Assembly (NCBI GenBank): GCA_013265495.1
Contig: MU058781.1
Coordinates: forward strand, 8,909,009 to 8,973,008
Origin: Vicugna vicugna
Lineage: Eukaryota
DNA length: 64,000 bases
Reading direction: 5' to 3'
The position numbers were made by a program, and so were the translations under genes. Every line of letters begins with the position of its first letter. Within the stretch, counting starts at the first letter, position 1. The notes under the pieces were generated by a model. That model had not been told where the DNA came from. It searched no databases and saw only the letters and a list, made by a program, of their open reading frames with translations. Positions 25,780 through 39,150 of this stretch are shown here, piece after piece.

Positions 25780-27800
25780 AAACAACTTATTTTAGTGGTT
25801 GCCCTAGAGTTTGCAACGTTTGTTTGCAATTAATCCAAGTAAAAAACAACCCCCTTTCACCTGGGACGACACTGCTTCACAGGCAGTGTGAGTACCTTAT
25901 AATAATAAAAGAATCCTAATTCCTTCCTCCCATCCCTTGTACCGTTGCTGTCATTCATTTCATGTAAACATAAGCATACATAGTCAAATTGTTGCTATCA
26001 TTTGTTGCTGTTATTTTTATTAGTTTTTGCTATTATTACTTTGAACAAACTTATCTATTAGATCAATTAAGAATAAGAAAAAATAAAAGTTTTTTATTGC
26101 ACTTCCATTTATTCCTTCCTCAGTGCTCTTCCTTTTTTTATGTAGCTTCACATTTCTGACCTATGTTCTTTTCCTTCTCTCTAAAGCACTTCTTTTAACA
26201 CTTTTTGCAAGGCAGGTCTACTGGCAACAAATGCCCTCATTTCTTTTTGAGTGAAAAAATCGTCATTGCCTCTTCATTTTTGAAGGATAATTTTGCAGGG
26301 TACAGAATTCTAGGTTGGTAGGTTTTTTTTATCTCTCAACACTTCAAATGTTTCACTCCAGTCTCTTCCTGCCTGCCTGGTTTCTGAGGGAAGTTGGATG
26401 TAACTCTTACCATTGTTCCTCTATAGGTTGAGGTGTTCCCCCCTCCCCATCCCGGGCTTCTTTCAGGATTTTTTTCTTCATCTTTGGTTTACTGTAATTT
26501 GAAAATGATATGCCAAGGTGTAGTTTTCTTGGCATGTGTCCTCCTTGGTGTTCTCTGAGCTTCCTGGGACTGGTTTGATGTCTGGCCTTAGTCTGGGGAA
26601 ATTCTCAGCCATTATTGTTTCAAATATTTCTTTTCCTTTCTTTCTTCTCCTTCTGGTAGTTCCGTAACATAGTTATCCCACAGTATCTTTGGATATTCTC
26701 TTCCCTTTCCGTTCAGTCTTTGTTCTTTGCTTTGCATTTTCCAGGAGTCTGTTGATATATCGTTTAGCTCCGAGATTCTTTCCTCAGCTGCGTCCAGTCT
26801 ACTAGTAAGTTCATAAAGGCATTCTTCATTTCTCTTACACTGTTTTTGATCTCTAGCATTTCCTTGGGCTCTTTCTTAGGATTTCCATCTCTGCTTACCT
26901 CGTCCATTTGTTCCCACCTGCTGCCCGCTTTATCCGTTAGAGCCCGTCGTGTATTCATCCCAGCTTAATGGTAATTCTCACCTCTCTGCCATGTCTGCTT
27001 GTGATGTTTACTCTGTGTTTTCAAATTGTGGGTGTTTTTTGCCTTTGATTTTTCTGATAATAATTCTTTGTGATTTTTCTTGATAACCAGACGTGATTAC
27101 TGGCTCAAAGGAGTTGCCTTTAGTGATATGGCAAGATGTGAGAAGCGGGGAAATGTCCTGTATTCCTCTGACTAGATCTCAGTCTTCCAGTTGGCCTAGA
27201 CCTCTGGACTGTGAACATAGCAAGTGTTTCCCAGTTTTTTTCCCTGCTCTTTGGTGAGATAGGATGGCTAGGTGGGCTGGAGTTGCGTATTCCTTCCCCA
27301 GGTCAGTCAGGCTCTGGTTAGCTAGTTTCTCCTGCGGGCAGGCCCTGCTAAGAACAGAGTGCACTGGTGTATTTCAGAATGGTTCCTTACCCCCTCCTTC
27401 TGCTGGAAACCGAAGGGGATTTTTCTCTGATATCTACTGTGGGAACCTCGTTGAGCTCCTGGTGGTAAATCTCACAACGTTGTGGGGCCCCCTATGGCCG
27501 GATCCCCGTGGAGTTCTCAGCTCTCAGAGTTGTCAGCACTGAGCCCAGCCATCCAGCAAGTACGGTTCAGGTTTCCCTACCCCAGCACTGGTTCCCACAG
27601 TGATCCACTCTGTCTGGGAAGCTGCATTCCCTGTGTTTACCTGTTGGTCTCTCCAGGCTGGGGTTGCGGGGCGTGCAGCGGTCTTCCCTGTGTCCTCCTC
27701 TCTCTTCAAGAAGAGTTGCTGGGTTTCCAGTCTTTTCACCTTGTTACCTGTTGGAACAGAGTGACCACTTCCAAGCCGCTTAACCTGCAAAACTAGAGAG
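25780..27800 (-). mobile_element. Old L1 5' region (L1MD-like 5' UTR, ORF1 and inter-ORF remnants)
   Basis: Minus-strand peptide EMLEIKNSVREMKNAF (ORF1 coiled coil) and antisense ORF1 motifs tttgaaggataattttgcagggtacagaattctaggttgg and gggaaattctcagccattatt. Confidence 0.85.
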
Positions 27801-29204
27801 CAGAAGTTGGTACGCTGACGCTCAAACCTGCCTTTTGGGTTCTACCACAAAGTCTGCCGAAGGCTTACTGAAGCATTTTTATTTTATTATAATATACTTG
27901 GAGCACATCAAACTCAGAAAGCTTGTAGGTTTTATCATTTTTGAGATTCCCTATATAGAAATGATATTCATAGCATTATTACAGTTTTACCTTATAATAA
28001 CACTATTTATTTGAGAAAACTTTAATCTACAAGTAGAGAATGGGCACAGAAAGCACCGAGTTAGTTAGAGGAACCAAGAGAAGTTCAGTTGGTGGATATT
28101 GTTAAAACTCAGTTGATTGTGTAACATCACATTCGAAATAACACAGGTTCTCCTCACATGTAGAGTGTCTTTCAGTTCTGAGTTCCGTTGCATACCTTTG
28201 ATAAAAATTGGAATAATTACATTGTCTGGAAACCTGAACTGTTAAAAATCCTCCCGTGGGACCTTTAATTTTGTTTGTTTTTGTCAGAAAGGGAGTTTAA
28301 ACATGGATATAAAAGGGGTCATCGGTGTTTCCTGTCCTTGCAGAGTGAAATTCACAAGCAGTTTAGGAAATGTTCAACTTGTCAGAAATCCAGAAGTTTT
28401 ATCAAATTTGCATACTGCAGGGCTCGGCACGTAGTTACTTTTGAACATCCTCTCATCTCTGTGTACCTCGAGGTTGATGGTGGAGCTGGCTTGATGGCAC
28501 CTCGTTCAGTGCTGGGGGAGAGATTTGCCTTACGCCTTGTGCTTTGGGCACCCTTGTTACAAGTTCATCACGCAACTTGTTTAACATGTTTACTTTTTAA
28601 ACGCTTGGAGAATTAACAGGTGGTTGCATGACTGAGATGTTTAACAGGCTAAAAAGTGGGAGGTAATTTAGACACACACTGTGATGCAATAGGAAAATAC
28701 CTAATTACTCCATTTTGGGCTCAGCTCTTAATTTCAGTTAAAACTGCTGATAGCAAGGCTCAACAGGCTTTGTAGGATAGTATTGTTAACGCTGTGTGCA
28801 TGTGAGAAACTGGCTCACTAGCAACTTTAGTTACTAGTACACAAAGCCTTCTACTTGGCTTTAATGCCAGAACTTAGTAACAGGTCTCTTTTCAGAGTTT
28901 TTGTCATCAGCAGTTTTAATGTGAATACAGAAGGCTCAGAAAGCTCCAGAAACCAACTTGTAACATTCTCTGTCTGAATACAGAATGCTCAGAAGGTAAA
29001 ATCCTGAAAACAAGACAGCTAATTGGTATTTTGCTGGGTTTCTTCATCCTGATGTGTTAGGATATGGATTATGATCGATTCTTAACCTGTTTCCATTCAG
29101 TAAGTAGGAGCAAGGAATTTTGCTGAACAGTTAGTTGTTCATGTGATTTAGGGTCAAAGGGCTACTGCCAGAAGTAGATGTAGTTAGAGATAGAGGTTCT
29201 AAAT

Positions 29205-29427
29205 CAGAGGTGGCTCATGTTTTCTGTAACGGGCCAAATAGTAAGTACCTTAGGATTTATGGGCTATAAAGCCTCTATTGTAACCACTCCAATTCTGCCA
29301 TTGTGGCATGAAAGCAGTCATAGATAATATATAAGCAAATGCGTGCGGCTGTGTTTCAATAAAACTTTATTGATGGAAACAGGCAATAGGCTGGATTGGC
29401 CCTGGGGCCATTGTTAGTCAGCCCCTA
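29205..29427. mobile_element. MER58A hAT-Charlie MITE with degenerate 8-bp TSD
   Basis: ttttctgtaacgggccaaatagtaa...ggctgtgtttcaataaaactttatt. Flanks are ttctaaat / ttctggat. Confidence 0.88.
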
Positions 29428-29627
29428 TTCTGGATCCTGAAGATACAACACTGGGCTATACGACTCTGACTTCACAGGAAAAATAGCACTGGTTTTCAGT
29501 TAACAGGACTAATAATTTATAACCTTCAATATTCATAGCCAAGACTTCACTGTGGTTATGCATAATAAATTTGTTGTCAGAAAAAAAGGCATTCTTCCAT
29601 CACTGTCTTCTTTTGGGGCTTATTGTG

Positions 29628-29754
29628 GTTTTTTGAGGGTGGAGAGGTAATTAGGCTTGTTTACTTAATTATTTCTTAATGGAGGTGCTGGGGATTGAAC
29701 CCAGGACCTTGTGCGTGTTAAGCAAGCATTCTATGACTGAGCTATACCCTCCCC
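29628..29754 (-). mobile_element. tRNA-Ala-derived SINE (camelid Vic-1-like) with 19-bp TSD
   Basis: Reverse complement GGGGAGGGTATAGCTCAGT...GGTCCTGGGTTCAATCCCCAGCACCTCCA with A and B boxes. TSD tcttttggggcttattgtg (29609-29627) / tctttgggggcttaatgtg (29755-29773). Confidence 0.9.
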
Positions 29755-32253
29755 TCTTTGGGGGCTTAATGTGAATAGTGTCATTTGCTTATTATTTACA
29801 CTACTTTCTTCCCAAAATAATAGAAAAAATATATAGATAGGTTTTAGCTATGAAAATAAAGACATAAAATCAAAACCCACATAAAAAGCCCACACAAAAC
29901 TACCTCTGAATGTTCCTTATCCACCTGCCAACTCAAGCTTGTAGCTCAACCGTTTCTAGTGCTGATCAGTCCTTGGGACACCTCCTACGTTGAATACTGA
30001 TATGCCACCTATTTTATCTTCTCTAGCATAATTTCCTTCCTGAAAAAAAAATTTCCCCAGTGTTTTATATTGTCTCCTACCAAAGGAAGTGTTAATATCG
30101 TCATTTTCCTTCTGATTGAAGTATAAGCCAAGACCTGTTAAACCAACTAAGTGGGTGTATGGAAAGGAAAGAGAAAATTATAAGCTAATGAAAACTTTGG
30201 TGGGCAAGTGACCTGTTCAGAATGGATTCCAGGGCTCACAGAGCCACAGGGCCATTTCCAATCAGTTCAGAAATACATGTCTGCTCTCCAGAGAAAAGCG
30301 TGTTAAATTACTTTGGAGCCAGGTGGTCAGAAGCACAGCTCAGAAGTGGATAGAGAAAGTAGGAATATTGGCTGAGCTGCCGGGAGGGATGACCTCTAGT
30401 CGGCATCAGAATGTGGAAACAGGCCAAGTGATTTGAAGGACTGCTAACTGGAATTGTGGCTCCAAAGAGAGTTCTGAAATAGGGAACTAATCTATGGAAA
30501 AACTGTGACTTCTATACAGATGACTCGAACACAAGGTGCTAATTAATATCAGATCTGACTACTTAGCCAAGTAGCTGCCGAAGGTCGTGTGGAAGCTATG
30601 CTGGGGGATGTGCTTAGATCTCCGACATTGGGGAGGTATGACAGATGGGTTCCTGAGGACACTGGAGTTTAAGGAAGGACTACTTCTCTAGGAAATGTGG
30701 ACACCAGGCAAGGATTAACAACATCTGAAGAGAATATGGAGCAAGATGAGGGCAGTGTTAAAGTCAAACAGGCCATTCTCATGGCAGAATTTTAAGATGT
30801 AGTAGTGGGCTAACTCTATGCTGTATGAAAAGTAAACACAAGAAATAAATTCTATCATCAGATTCTGGGAAGATGTTCAATATCTGTTTTTAAAATGTAT
30901 CTGTTCTCTAAATTTAGAAATGTCCTAATCTTTAAATGGAAGAGAGAAATTAAGAACTTCCTTTTTAAGCCGCATCCCTTCTCTGATTCTGTCTTGGCAA
31001 GAGGACATCAGTACAGAGTTTGGGGTAAGGGGCTGTTTGGCAGTTTCTGTCAGGGTAATTATGACAAGCATACTATTTGATCCTGTGACTGGACTTCTGT
31101 AATTTATCTTTAAAATATATATATATACACTCTAAGGCTGGCAAAGATGTTTGTGGGGAGATTATCATTTTACTTAAAAATTGAAGTGAATTGCGGGAAA
31201 AAAGTTCAGATTTCATAAGTTTTTTGGGCTTCAGAACTCTGTGTAAGGGATTAGAGAGCTGGATATACAAGCCTTCGAGTTTGGCAAGGATAAATTGTTA
31301 AGTGGAAAAAAGTAAGTTTCAGAGCACTTTGCACAGAATGATCCCTTTTCTTTGAAAGTAATAGTAATCAGTTGTGTGTGAAGATACACACACCGAAGGT
31401 CTGGAAACACCTGCAGAATGGCTCATGGTGGTTATGGTGGGTGGACAAATCACAGTGGATTAGAAAACAAGCTGATTCTTACAGTCAGCTCTCGTAGGAG
31501 AACTACACGCTTCATTGTCGCAGATACTGGGGACTAGGTGGTGGGGAGGGCACTGGAGTAGTGCCTGGCTTCTTCTAATCAAGGAAGCATCATTACAAGC
31601 GAAGAAAGGCTTGTCTTTTCATAACTGTGTGTGAGAGTTACGTGTCATCATTGCAGAGATAATAATTATATACCTAACTCAGATATATTCATTTATTCAT
31701 TGACATAGCAGATACTTATTGAGTGTGTGTGAGACATAAACACATGTCACTATATGGCAGTGACAGAGCAAAGGCAGGCTCACAGCTGCAGGCTCCAGCG
31801 GACAGACCGACGCTGTGGCCAGGAAGCCTGAAGAAGGTATATTAAATGTAAGCGTGAGTGCCCAATTCTGAGTAACAGAAGTTGGTATTTCAGTGAAGTT
31901 TAAAGTGCTCTAAATGTGTTTGTTTTCTTTCTTTTCATAGCTTTTTCTTCATTTTAGTCTCCGAATTATGCATTTATTATAAATAGAGTTTTAATTACAG
32001 AGCCTTCTAGGAAGCGATTGCCTGGCTGGTCTGGGACAGTGATCCACATAACCATCAAATGGCTTTGGCTTCTAGTTGTATCCATTTGTCCCAGATTGAC
32101 AGTGTAGTCCCTCAGCTGGTACAAGGGGAGAACCTCTACATAAACAATGTCATAAAACAGACAGACAGGCAGACAGAGGTGTACATACAGATATATACAG
32201 ATGTATATATTTTTGCCACCTGTCAACACAAATGTTTGTGTTTTCTTCCACAG

Positions 32254-32316
32254 AAAAAGCAAAGAACAAAAGATCTTTCTCGCGTGTTTCATTCTTACAA
32301 TCCCTATGATCACAAG
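32254..32316 (+). CDS. CDKAL1: CDKAL1 next internal coding exon, 63 nt, phase 0 to phase 0 (linker before the TRAM domain)
   Basis: Acceptor ttttcttccacAG (AG 32252-32253) and donor GTAAGA at 32317. Translates KKQRTKDLSRVFHSYNPYDHK, continuing in frame from ...VPAQV of the previous exon. Confidence 0.96.
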
Positions 32317-35220
32317 GTAAGAGAAGCATGTTACTAGTCTTATTGGGTTAACAGACATCCTTCTGAACGTATAGCACAGTTTTCACCAGTACATAGTGAT
32401 TCTGAAGTATACTTACCAATTACGTTTATATTTCAATTTTAATGTTTCAACTCTTTATATCTTGTAAAGAAAAGAGAAACTTTGTATTTCCTAACTGAAA
32501 TAATTCTATTTTATTCACATTAAAATCTCATTACGTGTTGTCACTGAAATCTCAAAGACCGTGAAAAGACAGATTTGGGGGGTTGTTTTTTGGTTGGTGG
32601 ATTCTTTCTTTCCAAACAGCAGCATGGGGAAACTTGGCTTTTGAATCGGTAAAGATAGTTGAAATATTAATTGCCAACTCTTGGTTCTCCATTGTTCCTG
32701 ATAGAAAATTACATTTGTAAATAAAAACCCTCAGGAAAAAAGCAGTCCCTAGAATTATATGTGAAATAATCACTCCCAAGAGCTTTGCTGCACAGAAGGC
32801 CAAGGAGGGTAATGACCCCTGTGGTACCCATCCCCTGGCTTCCTGGACCTATGGCCAGACTTGTCTCATGTATACCCCACACTCTCCATTCCCTGTATTT
32901 GAAGAATTCTCAGACGTCTTTTCATTTTTAAGTATTTCACCATATATTTGTTAAAAAATCAGTTTTCTTTTTTTTTTTAAAAAAATACTTGTAACTAATT
33001 TTTAAGAAACTGCTCAGCACCACATCTTCATGGGGAACTACATCACAAGTATTCTGAGACTTGTGCAAAACTTCTCTGTCATTTCAGGTTCCAGTAAATC
33101 TGTTAATTTGAGGTGCTTTCAGAAGCAAACAAAACATTTGCACAGTCGAAATGCTAATATAAACTTAAATCTTTATCTATGAATTTACAAGGAGACATGT
33201 GGTGGGAATTTTTTAACTAGCGAAAATAAGTAGTGTGAAAACCACTTTCCTCATTTGAGAATATGGAGATGTCTGGATTCAGGAGGAAAAAATTGTTCCA
33301 GTTGTTCATAGAAGTTGCAAGAATTTGAAGAGCTTCTAGTGTTTCCATAGTGACCAAGTGACTTAAGCACCAAAAATTTGGAAAAAGAGATGTTTATGTT
33401 CCATGTGACCATGGGGATATACAAGACTAAAAATTTTTTTTCATCATTTCAAGTTACATTTTTCAAGTTAAATCAATCACTTTGCAGAGTATGGCACTTT
33501 GTTTGAAAGGGGTTGAGTGAGCCAGGAGTGTCTGACAATGCAGACGGAAGGTGCAGGCTGATAAGTAACACAACAGCAAAAGGAGAGAGACTGGCCAGAT
33601 TTCTGATGGGAAAGTTGCATTTTTTTAGATGATGCCATTTAATTAACATAAACGCACCAGTGGCTTCAGTTAATATTTATCAACAGCAACAACAAGAGGC
33701 TGTAACAGAGCAAAGGTTTTGCCTGACTTGTCTAAATTTTGCCTGCTTCTCACATTTTTTAATTCATAGCCAAGGGAAATTCCATTATTCTTTTATTAGA
33801 ACTCTTAATGGAACTTAGCCATTTGTAGCTTTTCTACCAGCTTCCTCTTCATATCCTTTGTGGCATTGTATCAAAGTCACCTCAGATTATGTTGGCTTCC
33901 CTTGTGTAGACTTCATTCCTCTACAAATTAGTCATCAGGCAGTGAGGAACTGAATGTAAATGCTAGATGGAGTTCCTTTTGATCTTTGCTTTAAGATCGG
34001 TAATAAACTATTATAAGTAGCTGGACTGCTTGATGAGTGATTTTTGAAGCTCCCAAGTTTTAGCCTGTTGGCATTCCGTTTCCTTCTGTACGTGTAGTAA
34101 AGGAAGAGGCAAAAGGTTCCTTCTAGGCAGCTCCTGACCCGTGGTAGCCTCCTCCCGTTTTTCCAAGCTCTATCCGGGCCGGTCTAACCATGTTACTGTT
34201 CACCTTGTCTCTTGTCGATGGGTGTCCACAAAGCCCAGAATCACAGGGACTGAGTAACGTGCACACTTTTCTCAATCTTAGAATGTTCCCTTTCTCCCCA
34301 TAAATAAAATAATAGAGGGTTGTGATTCAAGTTACTTTGTCATTTTAATTATCCACTTATATTCAAACAAATTAGTTTTCTAGGCAGATAGATTTTAGTG
34401 TAAACGTTTTTGTAAGATGTGGTTAAAATTGGTTTAAACATCTCATCCTCGGTGAGATTTCTGGAATGATCTTCAGGTTACATATATATATATGTATATC
34501 ATAAATGAAAGTTTAAATACAATAAAATGTAGGCTGTCTGGGATTTGCTTTAAAAAAGAATTAAAGGGAGGGGGTGGGTAAGTTTCAGTAAAAGAAGGCT
34601 GGCCACATGTTGATGATTGAAACTGAATTATTGATTTGTGCGACTTCATCGTTCTATTCCATATATTTGTTCTATATGACTGAAATTTTGTATAACCAAA
34701 ATGATGCAAGAAGTAAAATACACTGCAGTCTGCTCCTGGGAGTGAATGTTGCAGTATTCTCTTCCTCTCCAGCTAGATTTTTTTAATTGTTCATTTTTCC
34801 CATGATGTAAATTTGTACCGAAGAAGGAATACTCATCATCTCAGTGGATTCATTATGCTGAGTGGACTCAGAAATGCAACTTCTGTTCTCAACTTGGCAT
34901 AATTTCCTGGGGCTTCATCCCAAATTATAGTAGGTCACTTAAATGATAGCCTTGCCTCCGAGAAACTGTTAAAACAGTTGTAATTACAAAGAGTAGTGAG
35001 TACCACCGTTTTGTTCCCAGTGAGTCAGTTGTATTTGCTGTTCTTTCCTCCCCCATCCAAGATTGCTCCAGCCTGACCCCAGACACAGGAGTCACCAGGT
35101 TAAACAAATCTGTTGTTTGAGTGAAGCCAGGTGCATTTCTTAGTCATACTCTAAAGCCATTGTTTAGGTTGTAAATGGTCAGTTGGTTTTCTCTTAAGTG
35201 CTGTTGCAAACAGCAAATAA

Positions 35221-36123
35221 AGCTTAGAGCAAAATGAGCACTCAGAATGAGTCTTAAGGAAAATACTTGATTTATTTTTTTATACTCTAAAACAAATTTT
35301 GCTGGACACTGGAAGAATTTCATTTTGGATTGTTATCTCTGGTTCCATGTCCATCTTTTTAAAAAAAAATGTTTTTGGGAATTCTCATGATATAAACTTA
35401 CACAGAAAGGCTGGACCAAACCTGATTTCCATTTATCTGCCTAATGAAAGGGAACATTGGTAAAGGGAACCCAGAGCAGCAGGTAATCTGATTGTATTTT
35501 GTACATTGTATTCTTTCCTCTGTTATTTGAATAAACACATAATAAACATAGCTTGTAATTTCTGAAAATACATCATGCTAATGACCAGGAAAGGTTATAG
35601 GGCCAGAGATCTTTCAGGTCACAGAAATCAAATCTGGAGTTGAATTTTTCCTTTGAATAAGTCACAGGTAAGTAGAATAAGCTACAATTAGAACACTTTT
35701 ATTACAGCTATGCAAATTAACATGTGCTTTCTGTCTTTGGCCTGAAGAAAATACTACCACGCATATAGAAGATATCTGTCTCTCTCTTTTTATTATTTCC
35801 TTTCTTTCTTCTTTTCTTTCTTGTTAGATTTTATCAGAATTATATGTTTCGGGGAAATCTAGGTTTATTAGCTACACACAGATGTTTATAATCTGCTAAT
35901 GTAAAAAGCTACTATAAAATATAAAAATTCTTGGAAGGAAAAAGGTATACAGTTCTGTTTAGGTCTGTTCCTAAACACAGTTGCTCTATATGAGTTAATG
36001 AAGTAATTAATTAATCCAAAATAAAATTCTTCCAGTGTCCAGCAAAATTTGTCTTTACAGTTTAAAAAATAAATCAAGTATTTTCCTTCAGACTCATTTT
36101 GAGTGCTCATTTTGCTCTAAGCT
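35221..36123. repeat. Inverted repeat, arms 35221-35331 and 36013-36123
   Basis: The right arm is the reverse complement of the left arm with about 7 differences over ~111 bp (manual alignment). Confidence 0.95.
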
Positions 36124-38857
36124 CAACCACTAAAAGAGAGTCTTTAACAAGATGCCACTATTACAGTTTCTGTATTTTATGAAGTGGGCTTCTCATTTTC
36201 TTTTAGTGACGATTGTTGTTTTAATACTTTTTCTACATTTGTAAAATATTCTACAGTTTGTACAGAAATCAGTGGACACACGTGAAGAGAAACATTATTA
36301 CATAGCTTCTATGTTGGTGAAGTAAAGTTTTCTTTGTCTTTTGGTGACAAATTTTATTTCAGTGATTTTTCTGCACACATAGACACGTATCAGTTGAACT
36401 GTAAACAAACTCATATGTGTCCAAAAAACAGCTGTGCATGAATACACTTGAGAAGTTAGCAGATGAACAGATAGGAAAATCACTCAACCCGAGGTCTTTT
36501 GTGCAGCAATCTTAGCTGTCAGAAACTCAGCACAGAGCCTAAAAGTGGGCCAGCCTCAGCCCAGACTGTCCAAATCATCTAATTGTCTCTCCCCACCTCA
36601 TTACCTCTTCAGTCCTCCATCCACAAACAGTCCACTTTTTTCTTAATAGTTCTAACAAACATAGATGCCTGGTTTCCCAAACCACAGTCAGCCCTAGCAG
36701 CAGTTTAGAAGAGGGCAGTTAATTGCTTCAAGAAGTCAGAGCTCCATTAAGAAGTGGCAGTGTACTAAATGAAAGCAAGGACAGGGCCATAAAAGCTGTC
36801 GGTCATTAACAGAGGAGCTCTGAGAATGCAGCTGCCCAAGACCACTTAATTTGGACCCAAATACCCAAATATCCCTATACGTATTTGTAGTCCCAAGGTG
36901 AAATAATTGGGCCTAAATTATATCAAGAAACAGATGTTTTATTTAAAGATGGTAGAGCTGTGTATAATCTGTCTTTACAAACATTGATATTTTAAGAATA
37001 AGTCTTATTTATCTTGAAAACTCTTCTTAGGAACAGCTGGTTCTTAATAAGGTCGGATAAATGAAGTATGTATTACTATAGAGAGTGGTTTAATAAAAGA
37101 AATAGTGGAAGAGTGGTTGAACATGGGTTGGTAACTAAGTAAAGGGCAGAAAACATTTGTGAGCATAAAAGATGAGAAGGGTGGAATCAGTGTTCCCCCA
37201 GTTTGTTTATATACTCAGACACTGTAAAAATATTCAGCTCTTTGAGACTTATTATCAGATACTTTTATCCTAAACATTACTGTAGGCATAACTTGAGTGA
37301 ATACTTATCAATAGTGCATCAGCACAATGCATTTTTAATTGCAGTATTAAATACACCCCCCCCAAGTTGGTGTATGTTTCCCTTAACCACACTTCCTAAG
37401 AGCTATCATTCATACAAACATTTCTAGGAATTCAGATCTACTAGTGTACAGTGAAATATATAATAAAAAGTATAAAATTTTATTTTCTACAGCTTCACTT
37501 GGGCAGAAGCCCAATCCATTTCAGAAGTCTTGGGAAAGAGAAAAAACTTAGGTTATACACCATCCTTTCTTCCCTAAGAGACTAGTAGTAGTCTCTGTGA
37601 CATCGAGTTTCATACATATGTGTATCGTATCTTGAGCAAAAGGGATGGTTTCATTTCAGTAATCATGTATTGATTTACATTTCTCCATTAATCAAATTTG
37701 TCTAGTGATTGAAGATAAAAGTCACTTTATCCAGCTCTTTACGTCTGAAGGATGATGGCCATTTGACTCAAACCTGAGGCAGCTACGGTCATGTCAGACT
37801 TTCATTATCTCCTTTGCTTTGAGTAGCATAATGTAGCAACAGAGTGCTTCGAGTTGTTCTTCTAGAGAGGGAGATGCGAATTTGGATTATTGCCTGCTGG
37901 CCCTGTTGAGCTTTGAGCTATCTGCTGTCTGGAAATAGCAAATTCAGTTTCTAATGGATCCGGCACTCCATGATAGCCAGATTTTCATGGCACATGCAGA
38001 TAAGGAAACAAGTTATTGATCTGGCATGTTTATGCCATGCTTAAAACAGTTCTCTGCAGCAGATTGTCCAAAGCCATTTGTGTGCTTCACTCTGTTCCCT
38101 ATCTTTGGCAAAGACTAAAAAAGGTTTAAAAAGTAATTTTAGGAATGTTGCTAAATATCAGGAACAATTGGATAAATGTCTAATTGATTGAGTTCCCTTA
38201 TTGTTATATTAAGAGCAAGTCATACTAAATCATGCTCAGGTTATGGCCTTGAAACATGGGGATGTGAGCACTTCAGTAACTGTTCATCCCACTTCCTTGG
38301 TCCCATGAACTCCACGCTAAAATGGAATGAATAACTCAGCTTCAGAATAGTGGGCATACTAAAGAGCTCTTCTGGTGTAAAATCTGTGCTTCCGTTTGTT
38401 AAAATATCTTCCCTCTCAAGGTGGCCATATAATTATTACCAAAGATGCCCATGTAATTCAGCTGTTTCCTGCTCCAACCGTAGTTATCTGTTGCCACCTT
38501 CTTGCTTCCTGATCTGTGCCAACCCAATCCAAAAGCATTTTCCTCATTTTTAACCCTCCTCACCTTGTGATTCAAGTTGAGTAACAGATCCTGTTTCCTT
38601 GAGCCTGACTTCGATATCGTACCTATGTGTTTTTCTCTTTTCCTTCTAGCATGGCATTGTTCTAAAAATTAAACTTTATTTTTGACATGTTGATTTATTT
38701 ATTTTGTTACTGTCACTGAAAGGATAGGTCATATGGAAGTATGTGTCAAGAGAGTTTAGTGGTGTTAAAATGATAAATCCAGGGACCTTTAGATGGCATA
38801 GTTCTGCTCTGACAGTTACCCTGAGGCTTGACAAGCAGAATGGAATCAGATTGAATC

Positions 38858-38858
38858 G

Positions 38859-38890
<32 letters not shown>
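38858..38890. repeat. (GTT)11 microsatellite followed by (GAT)n
   Basis: Read directly. Confidence 0.95.
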
Positions 38891-38909
38891 ATCATGATGA
38901 TGATGATAA

Positions 38910-39150
38910 TTGTTATTGTTACTGCTCAGCTATGTAAAGCACACCATGTGACTGGTACTATTCTCAAAGCTTTACATGTACACATAACTCATTTAATCTT
39001 TCTACCAACCCTATAAGTACTATTATTATCCCCTATTTTACAGATGAGGAAACTGAGACACAGAGAGGTTAAGTAACTGCTTAAGAGGTCATACAGTCAG
39101 TTATAGAGCAGTCTGACTCCAGAGTCCGTGTTCATCACTCCTTTGCTACA
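38910..39150 (-). mobile_element. MIR SINE
   Basis: tattattatcccctattttacagatgaggaaactgagacacagagaggttaagtaac. Confidence 0.92.

Larger units (their letters stand above)
6606..32253 (+). other. CDKAL1: GT-AG intron of CDKAL1 (~25.6 kb)
   Basis: Bounded by the donor and acceptor of two exons whose peptides are contiguous in CDKAL1. Confidence 0.93.

Noticed and set aside
31918..31940. Pyrimidine tract plus AG ~310 nt upstream of the 63-nt exon
   Set aside because: Such decoy acceptors are common in T-rich introns, and there is no evidence of use.
32059..32337. 92-aa ORF as a standalone gene
   Set aside because: Only 32254-32316 is exonic. The rest is intronic open frame.
35886..36110. 74-aa minus-strand ORF overlapping the inverted repeat arm
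   Set aside because: The other arm has an early stop in the equivalent frame, and I see no homology or splice support.
38743..38937. ORF with poly-Cys/poly-Asp (metallothionein-like look)
   Set aside because: It is a translation of the (GTT)n/(GAT)n microsatellite at a MIR end.
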